From assembly GCA_024640345.1 (NCBI GenBank), contig JAHEFD010000001.1, positions 18,288-82,287 on the forward strand: a DNA stretch of 64,000 nucleotides, in the 5' to 3' direction. The notes under the pieces are model-generated. The model was not told the origin of the DNA. It was given only the letters and a program-made list of their open reading frames with translations, and made no database searches. Every line of letters begins with the position of its first letter. Positions within the stretch are counted from its first letter, which is position 1. Position numbers and translations under genes: made by a program. Below are positions 46,630 through 55,582 of this stretch, one piece after another. The stretch is from Woeseiaceae bacterium. Its GTDB lineage: Bacteria; Pseudomonadota; Gammaproteobacteria; Steroidobacterales; Woeseiaceae.

Positions 46630-49269
46630 CTAGTCACCCCAACGCTTCATGTAGCGAATGCCGAATTCTCTCGGCCTGGCTGTATATTGCGTCTGGTGGT
46701 GATCGCGACCTTCTGCCTGCTGCGAGGCGGCCCATTCGAACAAGCCGGTCTGCAGTGTGTAAATTGCACGCTCATCGGTAACGTTGTTGACGAAGACATC
46801 CACTTCCCAGTCATCACCCACGAGTCCCATCCGAAGATCGCCGATCGTGTACGAAGCGCTCTTGGCCTGGGGATTGGGATCAGTCAGCGGCAGCGGCTCA
46901 AGGATGTTGAGGCTATCACCTGTGTAAGACCACTGTGTTCGAATGAAGAAGTCCTCACTGCCGAACAGGTTCGAGGGCATACGATACTCGACCCAGGCGG
47001 ATGCCTTGGAGCTTGGTACGAGCGGCAGTCGAAGACCTGCAACCAAATCCGGGATACCGTCGGTGTTCAGATCCTGCTCGGTGTCCGTCTCCGCTTCCAT
47101 CACTTCGTAGTTCATGCCCAGCAGCCAGTTGTCGCCTGCAGAGTAATCGACTTCGACGTTTACGCCATTGATGTGTGCATCGCCGGCATTCGCGATAAGT
47201 GCCTGCCAGGGCTGGCCACAAACGCCCGGAATTTCGAGGTCGAGGTCGATGTTTCCGGCACCGTCCGTGCAGTTCACACTAGATGGGTCAACGAGCTGAA
47301 GCTGGTAGTCGCTCCACTTCATGTTGTAGGCGGTGACGTTGAACCGGCCCCTGCCATCACCGAACGACGACTTGTAGCCCATCTCGTAGTTATCCATGAT
47401 GTCCGAATCGTAGCTATTCGGGAAGAACGGCTGGCCGCGGCTGCGGTTGACGCCGCCCTGGCGGAGTCCGCGAGTGTACAAGCCATAGATCATTTTGCTG
47501 TCATCGATGACATAACTCAGGCTGATCTTCGGGATGACCTGGTCTTCACTACCCTTGCGGCCCGGCGGACGGCCCTGATTGGCCAGGCGATAGGCGCGGT
47601 CGCCGGATGACGTATCCGGTTCGCCGGCGAAATTATCGCCGCCCGGGTGGTTGACGAAATAATATCCGGTGTTCGAGCGGTCGAAATATCGGCCGCCGAG
47701 GGTCAGCTCGAGCTCGTCACTGATGTGCCAGCTGACTTCACCGAAAATGGCAGACTGTTCCCAGTCAGTGTGGCTTTCCGAGCGCCAGTGTTCTGTCGCA
47801 TTCGGATAGGTTGTTGGCGTTCCATAGTAGTTCGAGAAGTACCACTCATGAAAATTCAGTGACATCGAGTCCTGATAAGTAGACGTTCTACCATCTCCAC
47901 CCGTCGTGGGTGACGCAAATGGGGACCTCCACGCGTCCTTACTTTCCTCGCGGTACAAGCCCAGGATCCAGTCGAACGTATCGCCCTCATGTGACAAGCG
48001 AACTTCTGCCGTCAGCTTGTCATCTCGGGAGGTTCCGAAATAGCTGTTAAAGAAATCGGCATCGACCTGAGGTCCGTGGCAGTAAACCGGCCACCAGACC
48101 ACGTAACCGGTGTCCGGGTTGGTCCAGTAATACGGAGCACCTGCAACGCCGCCGGGAGGGTTCGCCGCAGAATAATATGAGTCGTGACAATACTGCGCCG
48201 ACCAGTAATGGGCATAAGTCGTCAGGTCATCCAGCGAGCTGATGTTTCTCTCGTAATACGAAACTGCCGCGACCATCTGTGCGAAGCCAAGGTCGCCATC
48301 GACTTTGATGGAACCCATGTCGAAGGTTTCTTCGCGCCACTCGTTGTGAAAGCGCACAACTTCCAGATCGCCAACGTAGGGATCGAAGTAATTGCCTGCG
48401 CCGGAATTCGTTGTCTGGTGGTGATAGGAAACAGTGGTCGACCAACTGTCGTTCATCTCCCATAGCAGGTGAATGCGGCCGCCGTAGACATCGGCGTCAT
48501 TCCAGTTCTTCTCAACGGAAGCCGCGTTGTCGAGCGTGCCCCACTGCGCGGGTGCTTTGTTAACGCCGTCAAGCCCGTAAGTATCTGCAGTGTGACCATA
48601 GACGTTATCGACGAAACCACCGTCATGGTCGTTATAGGCTGCCACCCGCAGGGCCAGCTTGTCTTCAACCAGTGGCACATTGAATACCAGCGAACCGCGA
48701 TAGCTGGCATCACTCTCGCCACCGGCACGAACTTCACCGTCAAAAATGGCCTCGAAATTGTTCATCACCGGTTGATTGGTCAGGATGCGCATCGTGCCTG
48801 CCTGCGCATCGGAGCCATACAGCGTGCCCTGTGGGCCGGAAAGGGCCTCGACCCGGGCAATATCCACCGGCCGGATGTTGGGCTGGGAACCGGTTTGCGT
48901 CACCGAAATTTCGTCGAGGTAAACAGACGAGGTTGATTGGCCGATGTATCCTGCACCGGTGATCGCGCCGCGGAATACGACCGTGCTGGAGCCGGGACCG
49001 TAGGTCACAACGTTGATCGAGGGTACAAAGCGGGCGTAATCCTCCATTCCCTTCGCACCCATCGCGGCAAGGGATTCCTGGGAAATGGCCTGGATGGTTG
49101 CCGGAATATCCTGCAGCGACTCCGTACGCTTGCGGGCTGTTACAACAACTTCCTCAAGTGCGCGGCTGGCCGGCGCATCGTCCTGGGCGAGCGCTGCTGC
49201 CCCCGGATAGAGCGCCGCTGTGACTGCGGCGGTGACTGGCGTGATCGAAAACTTGGACGGTGCTTGCAT
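46630..49269 (-). CDS. TonB-dependent receptor (copy 1)
   Basis: Signal peptide. Plug region LEEVVVTARKRTESLQDIPATIQAISQESL. 879 aa with beta-barrel-like composition. Confidence 0.9.
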   Translation of the reverse strand: MQAPSKFSITPVTAAVTAALYPGAAALAQDDAPASRALEEVVVTARKRTESLQDIPATIQAISQESLAAMGAKGMEDYARFVPSINVVTYGPGSSTVVFRGAITGAGYIGQSTSSVYLDEISVTQTGSQPNIRPVDIARVEALSGPQGTLYGSDAQAGTMRILTNQPVMNNFEAIFDGEVRAGGESDASYRGSLVFNVPLVEDKLALRVAAYNDHDGGFVDNVYGHTADTYGLDGVNKAPAQWGTLDNAASVEKNWNDADVYGGRIHLLWEMNDSWSTTVSYHHQTTNSGAGNYFDPYVGDLEVVRFHNEWREETFDMGSIKVDGDLGFAQMVAAVSYYERNISSLDDLTTYAHYWSAQYCHDSYYSAANPPGGVAGAPYYWTNPDTGYVVWWPVYCHGPQVDADFFNSYFGTSRDDKLTAEVRLSHEGDTFDWILGLYREESKDAWRSPFASPTTGGDGRTSTYQDSMSLNFHEWYFSNYYGTPTTYPNATEHWRSESHTDWEQSAIFGEVSWHISDELELTLGGRYFDRSNTGYYFVNHPGGDNFAGEPDTSSGDRAYRLANQGRPPGRKGSEDQVIPKISLSYVIDDSKMIYGLYTRGLRQGGVNRSRGQPFFPNSYDSDIMDNYEMGYKSSFGDGRGRFNVTAYNMKWSDYQLQLVDPSSVNCTDGAGNIDLDLEIPGVCGQPWQALIANAGDAHINGVNVEVDYSAGDNWLLGMNYEVMEAETDTEQDLNTDGIPDLVAGLRLPLVPSSKASAWVEYRMPSNLFGSEDFFIRTQWSYTGDSLNILEPLPLTDPNPQAKSASYTIGDLRMGLVGDDWEVDVFVNNVTDERAIYTLQTGLFEWAASQQAEGRDHHQTQYTARPREFGIRYMKRWGD

Positions 49270-49336
49270 ATTTTATTCCCCCCGACGGAATTTCGCTTGA
49301 AGTAATCCGTATGATTACCTACTTCGCTATCTCCCG

Positions 49337-49365
49337 AATTTATTGCAGTTCGACAAATACTACAA
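49337..49365 (-). promoter_or_regulatory. Putative sigma70 promoter with embedded 7-9-7 near-palindrome upstream of TBDR copy 1
   Basis: Minus strand reads TTGTAG-17nt-TAAATT. TTGTAGT-N9-ACTGCAA is an inverted repeat with 1 mismatch. The same element lies at the same distance upstream of copy 2. Confidence 0.4.
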
Positions 49366-49587
49366 GCGAATGCTCCATATCATGGGTCATGCCGCCTGTT
49401 TGTGGCCTTTTCACCACAGGACCAGGCGATCGACCGGGAGCAGAGGCGAAATCGCCGGATTTGCCAGTCCGCCTTAAATCCTGGCGATCTTCAGGAACAA
49501 GGACGAATCCGACCACGGTGCGGGGGCCCGCGCCGGGTGTTTTCCGGGGCTGGATCTCGGTGGAGTGACAATCGGGCAGCACATTCC

Positions 49588-49620
49588 AAAAAAAAAACCG
49601 GGCATTTGCCCGGTTTTTTT
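49588..49620 (-). terminator. Rho-independent (bidirectional-looking) terminator after TBDR copy 2
   Basis: A10-CCGGGC-ATTT-GCCCGG-T7. Near-duplicate of 46581..46611. Confidence 0.7.
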
Positions 49621-49641
49621 GCTTTCTGCCTTGTTTAACGC

Positions 49642-52332
49642 CTAGTCACCCCAGCGTTTCATAAAGCGAATACCGACTTCTCTCGGCCGCGACACATATT
49701 GTGTCTTGTGATGCGGTCGCCCGTCCTGGGTCTGCGCAGCGGCCCACTCCATATTCTGGGTCAGCACGGTGTACACCGCTCGCTCGTCGGTTACGTTGTT
49801 AACAAATACGTCAACCTGCCAGTCTGCACCCACGATGCCCATTCGAACGTCGCCTATTGTGTAACTCGCGCTCTTGGTCTGCGGGTTTGGCGTATCGTCG
49901 CCGTAGGGTTCCAGCCGGTTGAGGCTGTCGCCTGTGTATGACCACTGTGTGCGGATGAAGAACTCGTCACTGCCGAACAAGGTGGCTGGCTGGCGATATT
50001 CGGCCCAGCCGGACGCTTTCGCAGTCGGAACCAGCGGCAATCGCAAGCCGGCAACCAGGTCCAGGTCACCATCTCCGTCCAGGTCAAGCGACGTATCGGT
50101 CTCGGCTTCCATCACCTCGTAGTTGCCACCGAACAGCCAGTTGTCACCAGCCGCATACTCGAGCTCGACGTTGAAACCGTTGATGTGTGCATCGCCGGCA
50201 TTGGTAATCAGCACCTGGTAGGGCTGACCGCATACGCCGGGAATCTTCAGGTCGAGGTCAATGACACCGTTGCTGTCAACGCAAGGCGGGTCGGTCGGAT
50301 CGACCAGCTCAAGCTGGTAATCGCTCCAGTCCATTTTGTAGGCGGTGATATTGAATTTGCCGCGACCTTCGCCGAACGTCGATTTATAACCGAGCTCGTA
50401 GTTGTCCATGATGTCGGAGTCGTAACTGTTCGGGAAGAACGGATCGCCGCGACTCCTGTTGACGCCGCCCTGCCTCAGGCCACGAGTGTACAGGCCATAA
50501 AGCATCTTGCCGTCGTCCAGCGCGTAGCTGAGAGAGATCTTCGGAATGATCTGGTCTTCCTTACCGCTTCGACCCTCCGGCCTGCCACCGTTCGCAAGAC
50601 GGTAGTCGCGGTCACCCGAGGTCGTATCCGGTTCGCCGTCCGTCAGATTGGGACCGCCGGGATGGTTAACGAAGTAGTAACCGGTATTCTGTCTTTCGAA
50701 ATAACGACCGCCAATCGTCAGGTCCATTTCGTCGTTGATGTGCCAGGTCGCCTCACCAAAAATGGCAGTCTGTTCCCAGTCGGTATGGCTCTCGGAATGC
50801 CAATGCTCCTCGGCTGTCGGGTAGGTAACCGGGGTACCGTAATAGTTGGAGAAGTACCACTCGTGGAAATTCAGTGACATCGAGTTCTGGTAGGTAAGGG
50901 TGGATGCATCACCACCCGTGGTCGGCGAGCCAAAAGGCGACTTCCAGGAATCTGAACTTTCTTCGCGATAAAGGCCGACAATCCAGTCAAACGTGTCACC
51001 GGAGCTCGACAGGCGAAGCTCCGCCGTCAACTTATCGTCCCGCGATGATCCGCGGTAGCTGTTGAAGAAGTCAGAGTCGACCTGTGGGCCATGGCAATAA
51101 ACCGGCCACCAGACGATGTAACCGGTATCCGGGTTGGTCCAGTAGTAAGGCGCGCCGGCATTCGTGTAGTAGGCGCCCGGATCGCCCTGCAGCGGAGGAT
51201 TGGCCCTGGTGTAATAGGAGTCATGACAATACTGCGCCGACCAGTAATGCGCGTAGGTCGTGATGTCCAGGAGCTCATTAATCTCGCGCTCGTAGAAGGA
51301 GACCGCGCCGACCAGCTGGGCGAATCCGAGGTCGCCCTCGATCTTCAACGAACCCATGTTGAAATCTTCTTTTCGCCACTCATCGTGGAAACGAACGACC
51401 TGGAGGTCGCCGACATAGGGGTCGAAGTAATCGCCGGCGCCCGAATCGGTGGTCTGGTTATGATAGGAAAGCGTCGCGTTCCAGCTGTCATTCATTTCCC
51501 AGAGCAGGTGTATGCGCCCGCCGTAGACGTCGGCGTCATTCCAGTTCTTTTCCACGGACGCGGTGTTGTCGAGCGTGCCCCACTGCGCCGGTGCCTTGTT
51601 GGATTGAATGACTCCTTCACCATCGGGGAATCCGTCGCCGTATGAATCGGCGGTGTGGCCAAAGACGTTGTCAACAAAGCCACCGTCGCGATCGTTGTAA
51701 GCGGCGACACGCAGCGCCAGTTTGTCCTCGATCAGGGGCACGTTGAAGACGAGAGAGCCGCGATAACTCGCGTCACTTTCTCCACCGCCGCGAACTTCGC
51801 CGTCAAATACCGCTTCGAATGAATTCATGACCGGCTGGTTCGTGAGAATACGCATCGTGCCAGCCTGGGCGTCCGAGCCATAAAGCGTGCCCTGCGGCCC
51901 GGAAAGCGCTTCAACGCGCGCGATGTCCACCGGCCGTATGTTCGGCTGCGACCCTGTCTGCGTAACCGAAATTTCATCGAGGTACACTGACGACGTCGAC
52001 TGACCGAGGTAGCCGGCGCCCGTGATGGCTCCGCGGAATACGACGGTACTCGAACCCGGGCCATAGGTAACGACATTGACCGATGGAACGAACCGGGCAT
52101 AGTCTTCCATGCCTTTGGCGCCCATTGCTGCGAGTGATTCCTGCGAGATCGCCTGGATCGTGGCCGGAATATCCTGGACCGATTCAGAGCGCTTGCGTGC
52201 GGTTACAACGATTTCCTCGAGACCCCGTTGCTCGGCAGCAGGTTCTTGCGCCATGGTTGCGGCGCCCGGATAAAGTGCCGCTGTGACGGCGGCAGCTACT
52301 GGTGTGATTGAATATTTGGACGGTGCTTGCAT
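49642..52332 (-). CDS. TonB-dependent receptor (copy 2)
   Basis: 896 aa, collinear with copy 1. The N-terminal ~200 aa are nearly identical (MQAPSKYSITPVAAAVTAALYPGAA...). Confidence 0.9.
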   Translation of the reverse strand: MQAPSKYSITPVAAAVTAALYPGAATMAQEPAAEQRGLEEIVVTARKRSESVQDIPATIQAISQESLAAMGAKGMEDYARFVPSVNVVTYGPGSSTVVFRGAITGAGYLGQSTSSVYLDEISVTQTGSQPNIRPVDIARVEALSGPQGTLYGSDAQAGTMRILTNQPVMNSFEAVFDGEVRGGGESDASYRGSLVFNVPLIEDKLALRVAAYNDRDGGFVDNVFGHTADSYGDGFPDGEGVIQSNKAPAQWGTLDNTASVEKNWNDADVYGGRIHLLWEMNDSWNATLSYHNQTTDSGAGDYFDPYVGDLQVVRFHDEWRKEDFNMGSLKIEGDLGFAQLVGAVSFYEREINELLDITTYAHYWSAQYCHDSYYTRANPPLQGDPGAYYTNAGAPYYWTNPDTGYIVWWPVYCHGPQVDSDFFNSYRGSSRDDKLTAELRLSSSGDTFDWIVGLYREESSDSWKSPFGSPTTGGDASTLTYQNSMSLNFHEWYFSNYYGTPVTYPTAEEHWHSESHTDWEQTAIFGEATWHINDEMDLTIGGRYFERQNTGYYFVNHPGGPNLTDGEPDTTSGDRDYRLANGGRPEGRSGKEDQIIPKISLSYALDDGKMLYGLYTRGLRQGGVNRSRGDPFFPNSYDSDIMDNYELGYKSTFGEGRGKFNITAYKMDWSDYQLELVDPTDPPCVDSNGVIDLDLKIPGVCGQPYQVLITNAGDAHINGFNVELEYAAGDNWLFGGNYEVMEAETDTSLDLDGDGDLDLVAGLRLPLVPTAKASGWAEYRQPATLFGSDEFFIRTQWSYTGDSLNRLEPYGDDTPNPQTKSASYTIGDVRMGIVGADWQVDVFVNNVTDERAVYTVLTQNMEWAAAQTQDGRPHHKTQYVSRPREVGIRFMKRWGD

Positions 52333-52396
52333 TTCTTATTCCCCCGACGGAATTTGGATGGCGTCATCGGTACAAATACGCGTTACAGAACCTATC

Positions 52397-52425
52397 AATT
52401 TATTGTAGTTCACTACTCACTACAA
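52397..52425 (-). promoter_or_regulatory. Putative sigma70 promoter with perfect 7-9-7 palindrome upstream of TBDR copy 2
   Basis: Minus strand reads TTGTAG-17nt-TAAATT. TTGTAGT-N9-ACTACAA is a perfect inverted repeat. Confidence 0.4.
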
Positions 52426-52571
52426 GGCGTCTGAACAGTTAATTGGTTGGGCGGTTCCTCTGTATCGGAAAGGCCACAGATTACGCGGAGCCCGATGCCG
52501 GGATGCGTACTGGATATCTTAGACCGTGTTGTGCAGTTGCCCGATTACCGAATAAATTCAATGAGTTGAAA

Positions 52572-54584
52572 TTATGTCGAATGCTTGCCCGCCATGCTCG
52601 CCGGCAAGTCGGCATCGGGAAGTTGCCTGAGAACTGGTTCCAGAATATGAACCAGCTCGTCGAGATGCGCTTCGTAGTTGCGCCAAAGGTTGACTGAGCT
52701 CGAGTAAATCGGTCGCCGTACCTGTTCGGAACTGGCCGTCTTGACCGCTCGCTCGGTTTCATGGAAACGGAGACACTGCTCCTCGAAGGGCAGCCCGCAG
52801 TAGTCGAGAATACGCTGCACTGCCGAATCGAGATCGGCGACAACCGCTTCGTACTGGACATCCAGGATGAATCCCGGCATCACTTCGTGCCAGTGATCCA
52901 ACAGGTGGACATATTGCAGGTAATACTCGCCGAGCTCCGTCATATCGTAAGTAAACGGCTGGCCGCTGGCGAATAACTGCTTGAATGAGCCGAAACAACT
53001 GTCCAGCGGATGCCGCCTGGCGTTGATGATTTTGCAGTTTGGCAGCGCGAGCTTTAAAACACCGGCGTAAATGAAGTTGTTGGGATTCTTGTCGACAAAG
53101 TAAGGTGCCCCACTGCGAAAGATTTCCGTACGTCGCAGGTACTCCTCGCCGATACTTCGCCATTCATCGTTATTGAGGTTGGTCAGAGCCTCAGGGAATC
53201 GCGAGTGCTTTCGCGAGCGCCGGCGTACGGACTGAACCGCGCGGGACAGATCCCCCAGCTCATGCGTGCCGTCTACCTGGCTGTGGCTTGCCAGGATTTG
53301 TTCGATCAGTGTAGATCCTGATCGCGGCAGGCCCACGACAAAAATTGGCGTGACTGGCGACGGGGCGACACCTGCGTTTCGATTGATAAATTCAGCGTTA
53401 AATAAATCGATGATTCGATTCTGGGTGCTCTCGGTTTCCACCGGATCGTACGACTCCAGTTTTCGCCGCACCTGGTTACAGCTGTCAAAATTCTCAAATG
53501 CCTGTGCGTAGTCCTTGCGGCCTTCATATTCGAGGCCCAGGGCGTTATGGACCTGGCTCCTCGCCTCATCCGAAAGATCGTCCGATTTTAGCAACTCATG
53601 CATCGCGTCGACCTCGGCATCCGTGAAACGAAAGGTCTTGAGGTTGGCCAGGCTCCAGTACGCCTCCGCGTGATCGGGTTTGAATGCGATCGCCTGGCGG
53701 TAGCTGTTGATGGCTTCGTCCTGTTGCCCGATGGTTTTCTGGTGGTGCGCCATTCCGCAAAACACGCCAGCCCGCTGGGGAGCGTACTCAAGCGCGCGCT
53801 GGTAGGCGGCGATGGCGCCTTCATGATCGCCCGCCATACCGATTGCGCTGGCATAAACCATATGCGATTCAGGACTTTCGGGCGCGAGCTGCAGCACTCG
53901 TGATGCGCTTTCAATCGCTTCATTGAATTTGTCGAGTTCGCGTTGGACATTGGTGAGATCAACCCAGGCGCGCGTGTAATCAGGCGCCAGTTCAACGACC
54001 CGCAACAGGAAGATTTCCGCCTCGCGAAATCTCTTGTGTGTTGCAGCGATACTGGCAAGCAGGCGTGCCGCCTCGACATGCCTGGGATCTTTTTTAAGGA
54101 TATCCCGGTAAATCATTTCGGCCGTCTGGGGGTCGCCGCTGCGCTCATGTTCAAGGGCCCGGGCAATCTCGGCGTCGAAGGGCATTTTCGGTCGATCTGA
54201 ACGATCCGGTCCGGATCCCTCGGCCGCTGGTGCCGCTTTGGCTCGTTCGATCTTGTCGTGAATAACGGGGCGCGTCGGATCAAGCCGCATCGCGTGCTCG
54301 TATGCCCTGAGACCCGCGGCGGACTGCCCCTGGATCATCATCAGGTCGCCGTAGGTCTCGTGTGCCAGCGCAAATTCCGGGTACAGGCGAATAGCCTCGT
54401 CCACGCGCTGCCTGGCGATCGCAAAATTTTTCATGGCGAGGTTTGCCATCGCCGCGAGGCACAGAAAATTGGCGTCTCCCGGGTGGGTTTTCAGTATCCG
54501 GTCACATATTTCGGCCGCCATCCTGGTGTTGCCGGCCCGAAGGTGCGCCTGTGCGTTTGCAAATTGTTCTTCACGTTTCACCAT
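52572..54584 (-). CDS. TPR-repeat sulfotransferase-family protein
   Basis: N-terminal TPR-like repeats. C-terminal PAPS 5'-PSB motif GLPRSGSTLIEQILASH and RRHPLDSCFG region. Confidence 0.8.
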   Translation of the reverse strand: MVKREEQFANAQAHLRAGNTRMAAEICDRILKTHPGDANFLCLAAMANLAMKNFAIARQRVDEAIRLYPEFALAHETYGDLMMIQGQSAAGLRAYEHAMRLDPTRPVIHDKIERAKAAPAAEGSGPDRSDRPKMPFDAEIARALEHERSGDPQTAEMIYRDILKKDPRHVEAARLLASIAATHKRFREAEIFLLRVVELAPDYTRAWVDLTNVQRELDKFNEAIESASRVLQLAPESPESHMVYASAIGMAGDHEGAIAAYQRALEYAPQRAGVFCGMAHHQKTIGQQDEAINSYRQAIAFKPDHAEAYWSLANLKTFRFTDAEVDAMHELLKSDDLSDEARSQVHNALGLEYEGRKDYAQAFENFDSCNQVRRKLESYDPVETESTQNRIIDLFNAEFINRNAGVAPSPVTPIFVVGLPRSGSTLIEQILASHSQVDGTHELGDLSRAVQSVRRRSRKHSRFPEALTNLNNDEWRSIGEEYLRRTEIFRSGAPYFVDKNPNNFIYAGVLKLALPNCKIINARRHPLDSCFGSFKQLFASGQPFTYDMTELGEYYLQYVHLLDHWHEVMPGFILDVQYEAVVADLDSAVQRILDYCGLPFEEQCLRFHETERAVKTASSEQVRRPIYSSSVNLWRNYEAHLDELVHILEPVLRQLPDADLPASMAGKHST

Positions 54585-54689
54585 GCAAGTTCACCACAGC
54601 CATACGGTCAGCGCCAGACTATCCTTGTGCGAGATTTGTGAACCCATTACCTTTGCTTACCTGATTTAATCCTGGTTGCCGGAAATTCG

Positions 54690-55568
54690 TTGAAAACGTT
54701 CAGAGACGCCGTTCGAAACAGCGATTTCGCTGTGTCAGCAGAGATATATCTTCGCGCAGAAACAGATGCGGACTCGATTCGCGAGCAGGCTGGGGTTCTG
54801 AAAGATCATGTTGATGGCATTTTGCTTACGGACAATCAGTACGGACAGCTGCACATATCGACAATTGCGGCTGCGAGCATATTGCTTGATTGCGGGGTTG
54901 ATCCGATTGTCCAGTTGACCAGCCGCAACCGTAACCGGATTGCGCTGGTAAGCGACTTGCTCGGTGCCGGCGCGCTGGGGATTACCAGCCTGCTGCTCGT
55001 TGCCGGTGAGCGCGCGCCAAAGGAATTCAAGCCCAGGCCAAAACCGGTACTCGACCTCAGCGCGACAGAACTTATCAGGACAGCTACGACAATCAAAATG
55101 GACGAAAAATTGCGGACAAACCCCGATTTTTTCATCGGAGGCGTGGTGACGCCTGTGGCACCTGGCCCCCACTGGAGACCCAGGAAATTACTGGAAAAAA
55201 TAGAAGCGGGCGCGCAGTTCATACAGACTCATACGTGCATGGATATCGATCTGCTGCGTCGTTACCTGAAGCACCTGGTGCGGGAAAAACTGATCCAGCG
55301 AACAAGCGTAATTGTCTCGCTTGCCGTGCTTTCCTCGGCAGAAGATGCCCAGTGGCTCAGAGATAACCGGCCCAACGTCATGCTTCCTGACGCCGTCGTA
55401 ACGCGACTTGAGATGGCGGATGATCCGGAACAGGAGGGTATTCGTATCTGTGCCGAGATTATAGAGGCATTGAAGAAAATCCCCGGAGTCGATGGTGTCA
55501 GTATCATGGCGACTCGTGACCTGGCGGTTATCCCGAAAGTGATTAGCGCCGCCGGTCTGTCTTCCTGA
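54690..55568 (+). CDS. Methylenetetrahydrofolate reductase (MetF/PF02219)-like protein
   Basis: TTG start. ...VQLTSRNRNRIALVSDLLGAGALGITSLLLVAGE resembles the TCRDRNR...LGI.N.L.L.GD core of MTHFR-like proteins. Confidence 0.6.
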   Translation: MKTFRDAVRNSDFAVSAEIYLRAETDADSIREQAGVLKDHVDGILLTDNQYGQLHISTIAAASILLDCGVDPIVQLTSRNRNRIALVSDLLGAGALGITSLLLVAGERAPKEFKPRPKPVLDLSATELIRTATTIKMDEKLRTNPDFFIGGVVTPVAPGPHWRPRKLLEKIEAGAQFIQTHTCMDIDLLRRYLKHLVREKLIQRTSVIVSLAVLSSAEDAQWLRDNRPNVMLPDAVVTRLEMADDPEQEGIRICAEIIEALKKIPGVDGVSIMATRDLAVIPKVISAAGLSS

Positions 55569-55582
55569 CGGGCGAGAAGAAG

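Larger units (their letters stand above)
46581..52425 (-). repeat. Tandem duplication of a complete TBDR cassette (terminator, gene, 5' UTR, promoter), about 3 kb per unit
   Basis: Both units share the terminator, the coding sequence, the AAATTCCGTCGGGGGAATAA 5' UTR block and the promoter/palindrome. Confidence 0.65.

Noticed and set aside
46687-47610. 307-aa plus-strand ORF antisense to TBDR copy 1, and the analogous 50185..50877 ORF antisense to copy 2
   Set aside because: Their conservation between the two copies is explained by the duplication of the receptor genes themselves. The sequences are Val/Arg/Asp-rich mirror images typical of antisense beta-barrel genes. No start context or motif is present.
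49260-49582. ORFs 49260..49568 (+, 102 aa) and 49340..49582 (-, 80 aa) between the two receptors
   Set aside because: They cover the promoter and 5' UTR of copy 1 and the terminator region of copy 2. Their composition is Pro/Gly/Arg-rich, with no RBS or paralog upstream of copy 2. A small gene cannot be excluded without expression data.
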